Positions 20,679 to 28,054 of a stretch of DNA of 33,799 nt are shown here, in pieces. The notes beneath the pieces are model-generated. The model was not told the DNA's origin and ran no database searches. It was given only the letters and a program-made list of their open reading frames with translations. The DNA lies in the IMG/VR virus record IMGVR_UViG_2537561934_000004; one strand, written 5' to 3'. The translations under genes and the position numbers were made by a program. How positions within the stretch are numbered: the stretch's first letter is position 1; the number at the start of each line of letters is the position of its first letter. This DNA is from a virus. Lineage: Duplodnaviria > Heunggongvirae > Uroviricota > Caudoviricetes.

Positions 20679-20976
20679 AAATTTCTTTCCTTCGGGTCTC
20701 CTGTTCCCGGACTGATGCCTTGTCGCGGTTGCACTGCCCGAGCGCCATCAACAGGTCAGCATTCCAGAGAAGGGATGCTCCCCACGTCAGGGGCTGTGGC
20801 ATGGGCGGAACGGGCGTTGCTTCCGTCAGTTCTGCATCAGTTTCGGGCTGGAGCACCACCGATGGCACGGGTGCGTTTTTCGAGTTCCCGCAACCTGTCA
20901 GCAGCAACGGCAGGCACAGGACGAGTGCTGCAATTGTCACCGGTAATGGCGGTTGTAATTTTTTGTTTTGCATCAT
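20635..20976 (-). CDS. o-spanin lipoprotein (Rz1-like), overlapped with the i-spanin gene
   Basis: Internal ATG at 20976 in the +1 frame of the Rz-like gene; signal peptide with lipobox LLLTGC followed by a Pro-rich segment (PVPSVVLQPETDAELTEATPVPPMPQP). Confidence 0.6.
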   Translation of the reverse strand: MMQNKKLQPPLPVTIAALVLCLPLLLTGCGNSKNAPVPSVVLQPETDAELTEATPVPPMPQPLTWGASLLWNADLLMALGQCNRDKASVREQETRRKEIYERRPEPGAGAAAR

Positions 20977-21223
20977 GATGTTCTGTCTCGTCTGCCAGCC
21001 GTGCGGCACGATTTGCGGCACGGATAGCGGAAAATACCTGCATCGTCTGTTCCTGACCGTGTAACAACCATTCAGCAGTGTGGCGGGCCTGTTGCTCCGT
21101 CTGTAATTCACGGCGCAGCGTCTGGTTATCGTGGCGGGTGCTGTCCAGCCTGTGCCACAACACCCCGGACAGAACGGCGGCAAACACGGCAGCCAGCAGT
21201 AAACTTTTACTGGCGAAGGTCAT
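20837..21223 (-). CDS. i-spanin (Rz-like)
   Basis: 128-aa ORF with an N-terminal transmembrane helix (LLLAAVFAAVLSGVLW) and a charged predicted coiled coil; immediately downstream of the endolysin. Confidence 0.65.
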   Translation of the reverse strand: MTFASKSLLLAAVFAAVLSGVLWHRLDSTRHDNQTLRRELQTEQQARHTAEWLLHGQEQTMQVFSAIRAANRAARLADETEHHDAKQKITTAITGDNCSTRPVPAVAADRLRELEKRTRAIGGAPARN

Positions 21224-21725
21224 CCGCCCCCCTGATATTCCAGATAGCCATTTCCACTTCGCGACGGTTCATCAGTCCTTTCCATTTATGGCCTGCGGCA
21301 AACACCCAGCGGGCCATCTGGTCACGCGCTCCGGCGTAATCACCGGCATTGAGTTTTTTCAGCAGCGTTGATTTACTGAATGCGGTAACACCGGTGTTGA
21401 AAATAAACGTTGCCAGCGCCGTTTTCTGATATGGCGTCAGCGGCACCCTGACAAGACGATCGATTGCCGCATAAACCGGTTTTAAATCACTGTCGAGAAG
21501 AGCCATACACTCCGCATGGCTGTAACGGCGCATTTCGATATCCGGCCCGGTATGTCCCACACAGACCGTAAGCACACCGGCAATATCGCGGTAAGGCATA
21601 TAAGCGATATTTTCCAGATGGATCAGAGACTGACGGGTCATTTCCTGATAACCACCCACACCGCCACCGGCAATCGTTGCCGCCAGCAGTGCGGCTTTCA
21701 GTTTTTTTGGTATCCCCGCCATCAT
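21207..21725 (-). CDS. lys: Endolysin (lysozyme) with N-terminal signal-anchor-release (SAR) domain
   Basis: 172-aa ORF; N-terminus KKLKAALLAATIAGGGVGGY is a weakly hydrophobic Gly/Ala-rich helix typical of SAR endolysins; first gene after C, as Mu lys. Confidence 0.8.
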   Translation of the reverse strand: MMAGIPKKLKAALLAATIAGGGVGGYQEMTRQSLIHLENIAYMPYRDIAGVLTVCVGHTGPDIEMRRYSHAECMALLDSDLKPVYAAIDRLVRVPLTPYQKTALATFIFNTGVTAFSKSTLLKKLNAGDYAGARDQMARWVFAAGHKWKGLMNRREVEMAIWNIRGADDLRQ

Positions 21726-21796
21726 GCTTCCCTGAAAAAATGCGCTGATGGCAGTCTAAAAAATCAGATGGCAGGTGCGGGATTATGGTGACAGGA

Positions 21797-21823
21797 AATA
21801 ACCGGCAGGATGCCGGTTATTTT
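21797..21823 (-). terminator. Hairpin overlapping the C stop codon (possible middle-transcript terminator)
   Basis: AAATAACCGGCA-GGA-TGCCGGTTATTT, an 11-12-bp perfect inverted repeat spanning the C stop, with U-rich flanks. Confidence 0.35.
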
Positions 21824-22239
21824 GGGCTTTCAGGTGAGAACAGATCAGGCTGATGACGTCGTGTATGCAGCTTTCTCTGGCGGGCAATAATCTGGTAGAT
21901 CTGCGGCTGGGACAGGCGATACTGGCGACGCAGTTCTTCCATGTTACGACCATTGAACTGGCAGTAAAGCAAATCGTCGCGTAACGCGGTCAGGATCGTA
22001 TCGCCGCAGGGGATGTAAAACTGCCGCCCGCCCAGAAAACAGGACAGGGCAACGGCCTGTTTACGGGCAAGCTCACGGGGATTGCTGACGTTCTGGCGTT
22101 TCAGTTCGTTTTCCAGAATATCAATCAGATCAACCACTGAACGGGGCCAGCGTGATTCCAGTTCCGGGGCCGGGATGTTATCAATATGCCCGATTAACTG
22201 GCGAATTGCCGGATCGTGTTCAAATAAATCATGCTGCAT
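21817..22239 (-). CDS. C: Late transcription activator C (Mor/C family)
   Basis: 140-aa ORF, same size as Mu C; its C-terminal half (GGRQFYIPCGDTILTALRDDLLYCQFNGRN...LSQPQIYQIIARQRK) parallels Mor at 23032..23421 (GGGQVYIPRGQVLDSLIRDLRIWNDFNGRN...GVTFNTVYKAIRRMR). Confidence 0.85.
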   Translation of the reverse strand: MQHDLFEHDPAIRQLIGHIDNIPAPELESRWPRSVVDLIDILENELKRQNVSNPRELARKQAVALSCFLGGRQFYIPCGDTILTALRDDLLYCQFNGRNMEELRRQYRLSQPQIYQIIARQRKLHTRRHQPDLFSPESPK

Positions 22240-22251
22240 ATTTTCCCCCGG

Positions 22252-22371
22252 TTAACAGACAAAAAGATACACCACGGCACTGATGGTTATCAGAACCACA
22301 AGGGCAATCACTTTTATCGCATTAATCAGCGTGGACGGCCCGAAACATTCATCACTGAATTTTCTGTACAT
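22252..22371 (-). CDS. Small hydrophobic protein (39 aa)
   Basis: Hand-found ORF between the membrane-protein gene and C: MYRKFSDECFGPSTLINAIKVIALVVLITISAVVYLFVC, with one predicted transmembrane helix and a weak Shine-Dalgarno. Below the ORF-track size cutoff. Confidence 0.4.
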   Translation of the reverse strand: MYRKFSDECFGPSTLINAIKVIALVVLITISAVVYLFVC

Positions 22372-22380
22372 GGTGCCCCT

Positions 22381-22743
22381 TTACCCGAACAGACGAGCGC
22401 GAAAACGAAAGGAGAGCCAGAACGTCAGCAATCCGGCCAGCGCCCAGATGACATACTCAGGACCCGTTTTCAGTTGAGACGTTGCCATCACGGCTAATCC
22501 CAGCCCGGACAGCCCCCCCAGCCAGGTCAGAGGCCAGACGAACCGGGCAAAATGTTCAGGCACCCGGCAGCTCATTATCAGCGCATCCAGATAATCACCG
22601 GCAACACATAAAGCAACACTGAAAACCGAGGCACAGCAAAACATCAGCGCGCGCCAGCCACAAAACAGACTTATCCACAATAACAGCGCCAGTAATACCA
22701 CCGATAAAAAATCAGGCCACTGACGAGCAGAACGCTCAGACAT
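22381..22743 (-). CDS. Multi-pass membrane protein (middle operon; holin-like candidate)
   Basis: Started at ATG 22743 (MSERSARQWPDFLSVVLLALLLW...), which has a GGAG Shine-Dalgarno 8 nt upstream; three or more hydrophobic segments. The ORF-track start at 22794 lacks an obvious ribosome-binding site. Confidence 0.55.
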   Translation of the reverse strand: MSERSARQWPDFLSVVLLALLLWISLFCGWRALMFCCASVFSVALCVAGDYLDALIMSCRVPEHFARFVWPLTWLGGLSGLGLAVMATSQLKTGPEYVIWALAGLLTFWLSFRFRARLFG

Positions 22744-22954
22744 AATGTTTCTCCCTGTAAAGCAGGCAATGATGAAGAATTTCCGGCATATCAACTGACT
22801 GCCAGCCTTTCATGTAATAACTGCCGTGGGTGCCATCATGACCGGTATAGTCGCGGGGCGCAGGACGTGGCCCACCGGCGACACGGCGCAAAACCTCCTG
22901 ACGCAGCCGCTCACGTCTGCCAAGATGAAAGGATGCATTCCAGCCTTTACCCAT
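22736..22954 (-). CDS. Hypothetical protein (72 aa), first ORF after the early terminator
   Basis: ORF-track entry with a GGGGAA Shine-Dalgarno; basic, no recognised motif. Coding status uncertain. Confidence 0.4.
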   Translation of the reverse strand: MGKGWNASFHLGRRERLRQEVLRRVAGGPRPAPRDYTGHDGTHGSYYMKGWQSVDMPEILHHCLLYREKHYV

Positions 22955-23001
22955 GATGATTTTCCCCGGTACGGTTATTCATCACAGGATATTGAGGACG
23001 T

Positions 23002-23024
23002 AAAAAAAGCCGGATTAACCGGCT
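23002..23024 (-). terminator. Rho-independent terminator immediately after mor (end of early transcript)
   Basis: Minus strand reads AGCCGG-TTAAT-CCGGCT followed by TTTTTTT, starting 8 nt after the Mor stop; about 9.3 kb from the left end. Confidence 0.6.
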
Positions 23025-23031
23025 TTACTGT

Positions 23032-23421
23032 TTACAGAAGTGAGGGCTGGTACTGGCGGTATTTCAGCCGTCGCATCCGGCGAATGGCCTTGTAAACCGT
23101 ATTGAAAGTGACACCATAACGGGTGGTCAGTTCGCTGACGTTGCGACCGTTAAAATCATTCCAGATACGCAAATCCCGAATCAGCGAGTCCAGAACCTGA
23201 CCGCGTGGAATGTAGACCTGACCGCCGCCCAGATGCTTACAGATAGCCACAACAATCTCCAGTGAATGGGCAGGATCAACACCCAGCCGGGACAATTCCC
23301 CGCGTAGTAAATCGTTCAGCTCCGCCAGCAGTGCCGGAAAGCGTGACGTATCCTCTGCGGGATTGTCAAGATGTGCCAGGATGGTGTCATCCTGCAAATC
23401 ACCAAATAAATCTTCCGTCAT
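23032..23421 (-). CDS. mor: Middle operon regulator Mor (Mor/C family activator)
   Basis: 129-aa ORF (Mu Mor is 129 aa) with a C-terminal region paralleling C; last gene before the early terminator. Confidence 0.85.
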   Translation of the reverse strand: MTEDLFGDLQDDTILAHLDNPAEDTSRFPALLAELNDLLRGELSRLGVDPAHSLEIVVAICKHLGGGQVYIPRGQVLDSLIRDLRIWNDFNGRNVSELTTRYGVTFNTVYKAIRRMRRLKYRQYQPSLL

Positions 23422-23969
23422 TGTGCCATCCTCCGCGTCTTTCTGGCATGGGCATAAGCCGCCGTCATGGCATCATAGCCGCGCAGTTCACGACCGGACG
23501 GACTGACCGGCAATGGAAGCCCGTGACGGGAAAAGGCTTCACGAATACAGCGGATGTGCCACTGCTTGAGTGTTTCGAGGACTGTCAGCAGCGTGTCGCC
23601 ATGACACCACGCCAGTGTGGAAACGCCCTGTCCGCCGTTGCGTTTCGCGGTCAGGCGCTGAACATATTTATCCAGCGCCACATCACCGCCATCGGTAATA
23701 AAACCGTCTTCTGCCATCTGCTGCCAGACTTTGTACACCTTCTCGCGGGGCGTGACATGTTCCTTAAAGCGGCGACGTGGATGTTTATTCAGCTTCTTAA
23801 AGCCGCGTTCTTTCATTGCATCGAGCGTCTGTTCCAGTTGCGTAACCGTCAGCTCGCGGCAACTGGTTTTGCCCGTTTTCTGCATCAGAAAGGCGCGGTA
23901 AGTGTCATCGTCGAGTTGTAGCTCCCGACGGGCGACATGGATTAATTTAATAAGCGATGTGCGATTCAT
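23418..23969 (-). CDS. gemA: GemA-like protein (Mu gp16-like)
   Basis: Frame 23418..24137, started at internal ATG 23969 (MNRTSLIKLIHVARRELQLDDDTYRAFL...), which has a GAGGTG Shine-Dalgarno; ATGA-coupled to mor. Confidence 0.7.
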   Translation of the reverse strand: MNRTSLIKLIHVARRELQLDDDTYRAFLMQKTGKTSCRELTVTQLEQTLDAMKERGFKKLNKHPRRRFKEHVTPREKVYKVWQQMAEDGFITDGGDVALDKYVQRLTAKRNGGQGVSTLAWCHGDTLLTVLETLKQWHIRCIREAFSRHGLPLPVSPSGRELRGYDAMTAAYAHARKTRRMAQ

Positions 23970-23999
23970 TTGCTCACCTCTCATATTAAGGAATGAGAT

Positions 24000-24416
24000 A
24001 TGAAAATTGATTATGACGAGATAGCCAGAATATTTGATGTTTTTCTGGAGGCCGACACCGCATTCATTCGACTGGAAGATGTCGGCTGGGAGCGTTCTCA
24101 GCGGCACAGCGACAGCCATCAGAAGCTGGTTTTCCATCTTCTGTTGCTGGTTGAAAATGGTTTTATCAGCAACAGATATCTGGAAACAGGCACCGCAAAA
24201 AGCATTGGTCTCACCCCAACAAGCCTCGGATATTCATATTCAGGCACCAGTGTCAGACTTACACAAGATGGTCATGATTTTGCGAAAGCACTACATCAAA
24301 AACCCATTCTTGAGCGCATAAAACAGGACCTTGCCGACGCCCCGATGACGCTCGTAACAGACGTCGGCAAACAGTGGTTAACCTCGTTTCTTAAAAAGAA
24401 ACTCGGGATTGAATAG
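24000..24416 (+). CDS. Hypothetical protein (138 aa) on the strand opposite to the early operon
   Basis: ATG at 24000 preceded by AAGGAA 8 nt upstream; no internal stops. Its 3' end converges on and overlaps the 24378..24689 gene by 39 nt. No family recognised. Confidence 0.6.
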   Translation: MKIDYDEIARIFDVFLEADTAFIRLEDVGWERSQRHSDSHQKLVFHLLLLVENGFISNRYLETGTAKSIGLTPTSLGYSYSGTSVRLTQDGHDFAKALHQKPILERIKQDLADAPMTLVTDVGKQWLTSFLKKKLGIE

Positions 24417-24689
24417 TTCCCGGTTCATACGTTGCAGCACATCAAGGGCGGCGACAGCCGCCACTTTATCGTTACCATCAGCAATAGTGCGGAGATTTTC
24501 AATAATCCAGTGAGGACTCAGTGACTCAGCAATAATGCCAAACCGGTACGCCATGACTTCATCAATAGCTTTTTCATGAGACGGCTCATATACAAAATTC
24601 ACAAAGTCATGCACTTCTTTTTTCGGCAAACCACCGGCAATCAGCAGGGCGGCAAGCTCTTCTGATTTTGAAAATACACCATTATTCAT
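24378..24689 (-). CDS. Hypothetical early protein (about 103 aa)
   Basis: The ORF-track start at 24704 is a GTG; the first ATG is 24689 (MNNGVFSKSEELAALLIAGG...), preceded by GAAGGTGAG and abutting the upstream stop. Confidence 0.5.
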   Translation of the reverse strand: MNNGVFSKSEELAALLIAGGLPKKEVHDFVNFVYEPSHEKAIDEVMAYRFGIIAESLSPHWIIENLRTIADGNDKVAAVAALDVLQRMNRELFNPEFLFKKRG

Positions 24690-24690
24690 A

Positions 24691-25449
24691 TCACTCACCT
24701 TCACAATTCATGCACGCCGTGTCATCGCCCATATCGCAGTGGTTGCATTTCTGCCCACCACAATGAGGGCACTCTTTCAGATATTCAGGGTTTTCATTAC
24801 CGCAGGTCGGGCATTCCTGTTTCACCGTGGTGAATGTCCCCAGCCACGAATACGAATTTTCACCGACTGTCTTTTTCCCCGTTATTTCTGAATCAGAACT
24901 AATACAGTGTTTTTCAACCCATGCCACACGTGCTGAATTCAGGTGGCATCTGGCCAATTTGCTTTCGTTTCTGTAATGTTTGCTGTCCCGGTTAAATGGC
25001 AATTTCTCATTCAGCCCTGCTGAGATAAAGTCCGCATGTAATTGTTCTAATGCGGCTTCACTGTCTGCACCGGTTGATTCAAAATAATCGTAAGCATTGG
25101 CACATAATCCGGCAGCCCGGGTAAATACATCATCGCCCGTCTCCATTGCCCCATTCTTTAACCATCGGTTGTAGGCTGTATAAAAACTATAAAGTTGCTT
25201 TCTGATACAGGTAGTGGCAGTTCCGCCATTAACTGACGCTGGCGTAACATAGCCAGCTCTGCATAAAGCAGAACGAAGTATATCCAGAACCTGCCAGGCA
25301 TCTTCTCCTTCAATCACGCTACAGTTTTTGTACACCAGGACGTCCCGGCCACAACTTTTATCAATACCCCAGTCTTCAAATTTCACAACCAGCCTCCTGC
25401 ACCACACCCGGTGCTGATGAAAAATCAATGATGAGATAACGCAGTACAT
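24691..25449 (-). CDS. Hypothetical early protein with a C-terminal four-CxxC cluster
   Basis: C-terminus CPTCGNENPEYLKECPHCGGQKCNHCDMGDDTACMNCEGE. The ATG at 25449 overlaps the upstream gene by 74 nt; a GTG at 25386 has an AGGAGG 6 nt upstream and is the more likely start (231 aa). Confidence 0.6.
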   Translation of the reverse strand: MYCVISSLIFHQHRVWCRRLVVKFEDWGIDKSCGRDVLVYKNCSVIEGEDAWQVLDILRSALCRAGYVTPASVNGGTATTCIRKQLYSFYTAYNRWLKNGAMETGDDVFTRAAGLCANAYDYFESTGADSEAALEQLHADFISAGLNEKLPFNRDSKHYRNESKLARCHLNSARVAWVEKHCISSDSEITGKKTVGENSYSWLGTFTTVKQECPTCGNENPEYLKECPHCGGQKCNHCDMGDDTACMNCEGE

Positions 25450-25915
25450 GGTCGGTGATATTCCAGGCGCTGGAACTGCAAATAAACCGCCCCAGCCGGA
25501 TATCGATATAAGCCATCACAAAACGGGGCATTCCCTGTTTGCACATCTCGTCATCCACTTCTGCAACGATGTGAACGGACTCACAGGTCAGTACGCCTGT
25601 CGCAAACTCTTTTGCCAGTGCGGGGATGGTATTACCTTCCACCCAGGGTAATGAGCGACGCCAGTTGCACCACACCGCATCATCAACAGCAGGCTGCTCA
25701 GTTGCGTTTCGTCTTACCGGCGGCGTCTGACGCGGGCGCGGAACGTCATAAAATCCGTTGCATTCGGTGAGCACTCCGGCATCAACCGCATCACGCAGGA
25801 AATACACCATTGCGGAGGGTGGCATCTGCATTTTTTCAGCCAGAACCCCGCAGGTCAGGCGTCCGTAAGCCCGTAATAATGTGCTGACACCATTCAGAAT
25901 TTTTGCATCAACCAT
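25376..25915 (-). CDS. Hypothetical early protein with a possible N-terminal winged-helix domain
   Basis: 179-aa ORF with GAGGAA Shine-Dalgarno; the helix-turn-helix call on residues ~1-55 (LAEKMQMPPSAMVYFLRDAVDAGVL) is a visual impression only; Cys/Trp-rich C-terminal domain of unknown function. Confidence 0.6.
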   Translation of the reverse strand: MVDAKILNGVSTLLRAYGRLTCGVLAEKMQMPPSAMVYFLRDAVDAGVLTECNGFYDVPRPRQTPPVRRNATEQPAVDDAVWCNWRRSLPWVEGNTIPALAKEFATGVLTCESVHIVAEVDDEMCKQGMPRFVMAYIDIRLGRFICSSSAWNITDHVLRYLIIDFSSAPGVVQEAGCEI

Positions 25916-26013
25916 GTTTTATTCCTCAGTAATCTGTTTCAGGCGCGAGCAATCCCCTGACGCATCGCGCCATAATTAAAAGAATGTGAATTAATTAAAT
26001 ATTAATGGTGGTA

Positions 26014-26538
26014 TTAAATACCGGCTTCCTGTTCAAACGGAATAATGGAAAAATCTTCAATTCCCGATTTAACCGTAATTCCGGCAACACCTGCGACGGC
26101 TTTTGGTTCCAGTAAAATCGCCTCCTTGTTGATTTCCTGCTTCGTGCGAATAAAGCGTTGCAGGCCAAGACGCTCCAGCGTTTCCATCACTGCATCCATA
26201 CCACGAATACTTACTGATGGTGGACGGACCCGCCACGATACATCACCGGTGACAAGATTCGCCGTCTTCACTTTGCCGCCGTTCGTCAGTTCGTCGCGGT
26301 TCGCTTCACACCATCCCTGAACGCCTTTTGAAAGGGTTTCAATATCGGTTTTAATCGGTGCAATCCGGGCCGCAAATTTCTCCGTAATTTCCGCGATGGC
26401 ATCATTCATTTCCGTTTCCAGACGTGATGCTTCGCGCTGTAAATCCCCGATGCGTTTAATATCGGTAATCACCGCATCGCGGTTTTGTGGCACATAAGCC
26501 GCTGCGGCACTCTTGATACGTTTTGCTGGTTTAGCCAT
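26014..26538 (-). CDS. gam: Host-nuclease inhibitor Gam (DNA end-binding)
   Basis: 174-aa ORF of Mu Gam length in the Mu gam position; the sequence MAKPAKRIKSAAAAYVPQNRD... matches Mu Gam as I recall it. Confidence 0.9.
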   Translation of the reverse strand: MAKPAKRIKSAAAAYVPQNRDAVITDIKRIGDLQREASRLETEMNDAIAEITEKFAARIAPIKTDIETLSKGVQGWCEANRDELTNGGKVKTANLVTGDVSWRVRPPSVSIRGMDAVMETLERLGLQRFIRTKQEINKEAILLEPKAVAGVAGITVKSGIEDFSIIPFEQEAGI

Positions 26539-26557
26539 AAATTAAAGCTCCTGTTAA

Positions 26558-26857
26558 TTAATATCCGCTGTATACAATGCTGGATACAGCTCGATTGCTT
26601 AATTCCATCTTTCGGGCAATGACATGAATATCCAGCCCTTCTTTATAAAGTTCACGACATAAATATTTGTCGTGTTCACTGATTCGGTATACACACAATG
26701 ATATTCCGTGCCTTCTGGCATGTGCCCGGAGGGCGGTTGTGGCGACTTTCAGTTTTTCCGCCATTTCTTCAACGGTCATTTTCCCGACGTTGGCTTCGAT
26801 AAATTCCCGGTCTTCGCGTGACCAGCGCTTACGATTACACTTCATGTCAGCCACCAT
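26558..26857 (-). CDS. Small early protein with two helix-turn-helix-like segments
   Basis: 99-aa ORF between B and gam; segments WSREDREFIEANVGKMTVEEMAEKLKV and ISEHDKYLCRELYKEGLDIHVIARKMELS look like HTH repeats. Confidence 0.55.
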   Translation of the reverse strand: MVADMKCNRKRWSREDREFIEANVGKMTVEEMAEKLKVATTALRAHARRHGISLCVYRISEHDKYLCRELYKEGLDIHVIARKMELSNRAVSSIVYSGY

Positions 26858-27277
26858 TCAGTACAGCAGAGGCTCGCGCAGTGATGCCGGAATATGCCGC
26901 AGCGATAACTGAACCGCTTTCAGGGCAAGCGAGGAATAACAGCAGCGCGCCCAGCCTTTTGCCATTAACCGGTAATCGCGCCAGATACGCTGCCACATTT
27001 CACGGGCCTCAGGGTCTGATGCGCAGATGTATTCCCGGTCCATGACGTACTCCCATAAATCCACGTTGAACGCACCGCCAAATGCAATGGCGCGGGATAT
27101 GCTTTCGCCGCAATAACGCGCACAAATGCTGTAATGGTCGAAAGCAATCAGGTAAGTCTTTTCACCACAATCATCAACTTTCCGGGCGCAAATAAACTCG
27201 CGTAATTCACCACCGTTGTTATTGCGTTCCTGAATTCGGATTAATGCCTGAATTTCATTTCGGATTTTGACGTTCAT
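26858..27277 (-). CDS. Hypothetical early protein (139 aa)
   Basis: ORF abutting the downstream gene within the B-gam block; no recognised motif. Confidence 0.55.
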   Translation of the reverse strand: MNVKIRNEIQALIRIQERNNNGGELREFICARKVDDCGEKTYLIAFDHYSICARYCGESISRAIAFGGAFNVDLWEYVMDREYICASDPEAREMWQRIWRDYRLMAKGWARCCYSSLALKAVQLSLRHIPASLREPLLY

Positions 27278-27297
27278 TGTCAGCGTTCCTTTGCGAA

Positions 27298-27567
27298 TTA
27301 ATGTCTGGCTGTATTCGGGTTATAGCTGAATAATTCCCCCTCGGCTTCCAGCCCAAGCTCCCTGGCTGATTTCAACAACTCCTCGGTCGCTTTTTTAATG
27401 ATTTCAGGAGCCATGCTCTTGATGATGCCTGCCATTACATCATGTGGCCCGGTCTGGTCCTCAGGTGAGGATTCTTCCAGTCGCACATTCATATTTACGG
27501 CAAAACCTCCATTTTCCTGAAACTCAATATTTCTTGTATTGTTAAATTCAAAGATTACTTTTGCCAT
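27298..27567 (-). CDS. Hypothetical early protein (89 aa), acidic
   Basis: ORF in the B-gam block; no recognised motif. Confidence 0.55.
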   Translation of the reverse strand: MAKVIFEFNNTRNIEFQENGGFAVNMNVRLEESSPEDQTGPHDVMAGIIKSMAPEIIKKATEELLKSARELGLEAEGELFSYNPNTARH

Positions 27568-27587
27568 TTTTCTTCTCCTTATTGATT

Positions 27588-27833
27588 CTAAATAACTGCG
27601 CTGGCTTTTACCTTCGCGCCTTTTACCTGCTTAAAGAAAACTGCGCTGCACCACGGACAACATGTCAGGGAATCCCAAATTTCCTTTTCGTGTGAGCATT
27701 GCGTCATAATCTGTTCACCGCATCCGGGGCATTTATATGTCGTCAGCGGCACCCCGTGGCACTGACAGTGTTTAACCCATTCAATATATTTTTCAGCTTT
27801 AATACACATCGTTATCTCCAGATAATCTGACAA
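27588..27833 (-). CDS. Cys-rich putative zinc-binding small protein
   Basis: CxC and CPGC/CCPWC motifs (HCQCHG...KCPGCGEQ...CCPWC). Likely start is ATG 27809 (MCIKAEK...), which avoids overlap with the upstream gene. Confidence 0.55.
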
Positions 27834-28039
27834 CCATTAAGACGGGCCGTCCATACAGAACGGGCCACCCCGGACTTATGCTCCATAATCCTGACCGCGT
27901 TTTTTACCAGTTCCACCGGTGGGTAAGTGATTTCAAGAATCGGACGCGCCACGCCGAGATATGATTCATTTACATGACTCCCGCGCGCCTGTAACCAGTT
28001 CTGCGCATCCGTTGCCATTTTTATATTTCGGGCCATCAT
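27812..28039 (-). CDS. Kil-like small protein (first gene after B)
   Basis: 75-aa ORF at the position Mu kil occupies; assignment is by position and size only. Confidence 0.5.
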
Positions 28040-28054
28040 AATTTCTTCTCCTTC

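Noticed and set aside
20103-20978. 291-aa plus-strand ORF
   Set aside because: Antisense to four tightly coupled lysis-region genes; Arg/Ser-rich junk-like translation.
23262-23921. 219-aa plus-strand ORF
   Set aside because: Antisense to mor and gemA, which are supported by size, coupling and motifs; no independent support.
25960-26013. AT-rich TTAATTAA-type motifs at several gene junctions (also near 26540 and 29005)
   Set aside because: These coincide with stop codons and ribosome-binding sites at gene boundaries; the recurrence is explained by TAA stops in AT-rich junctions rather than a shared regulatory element.
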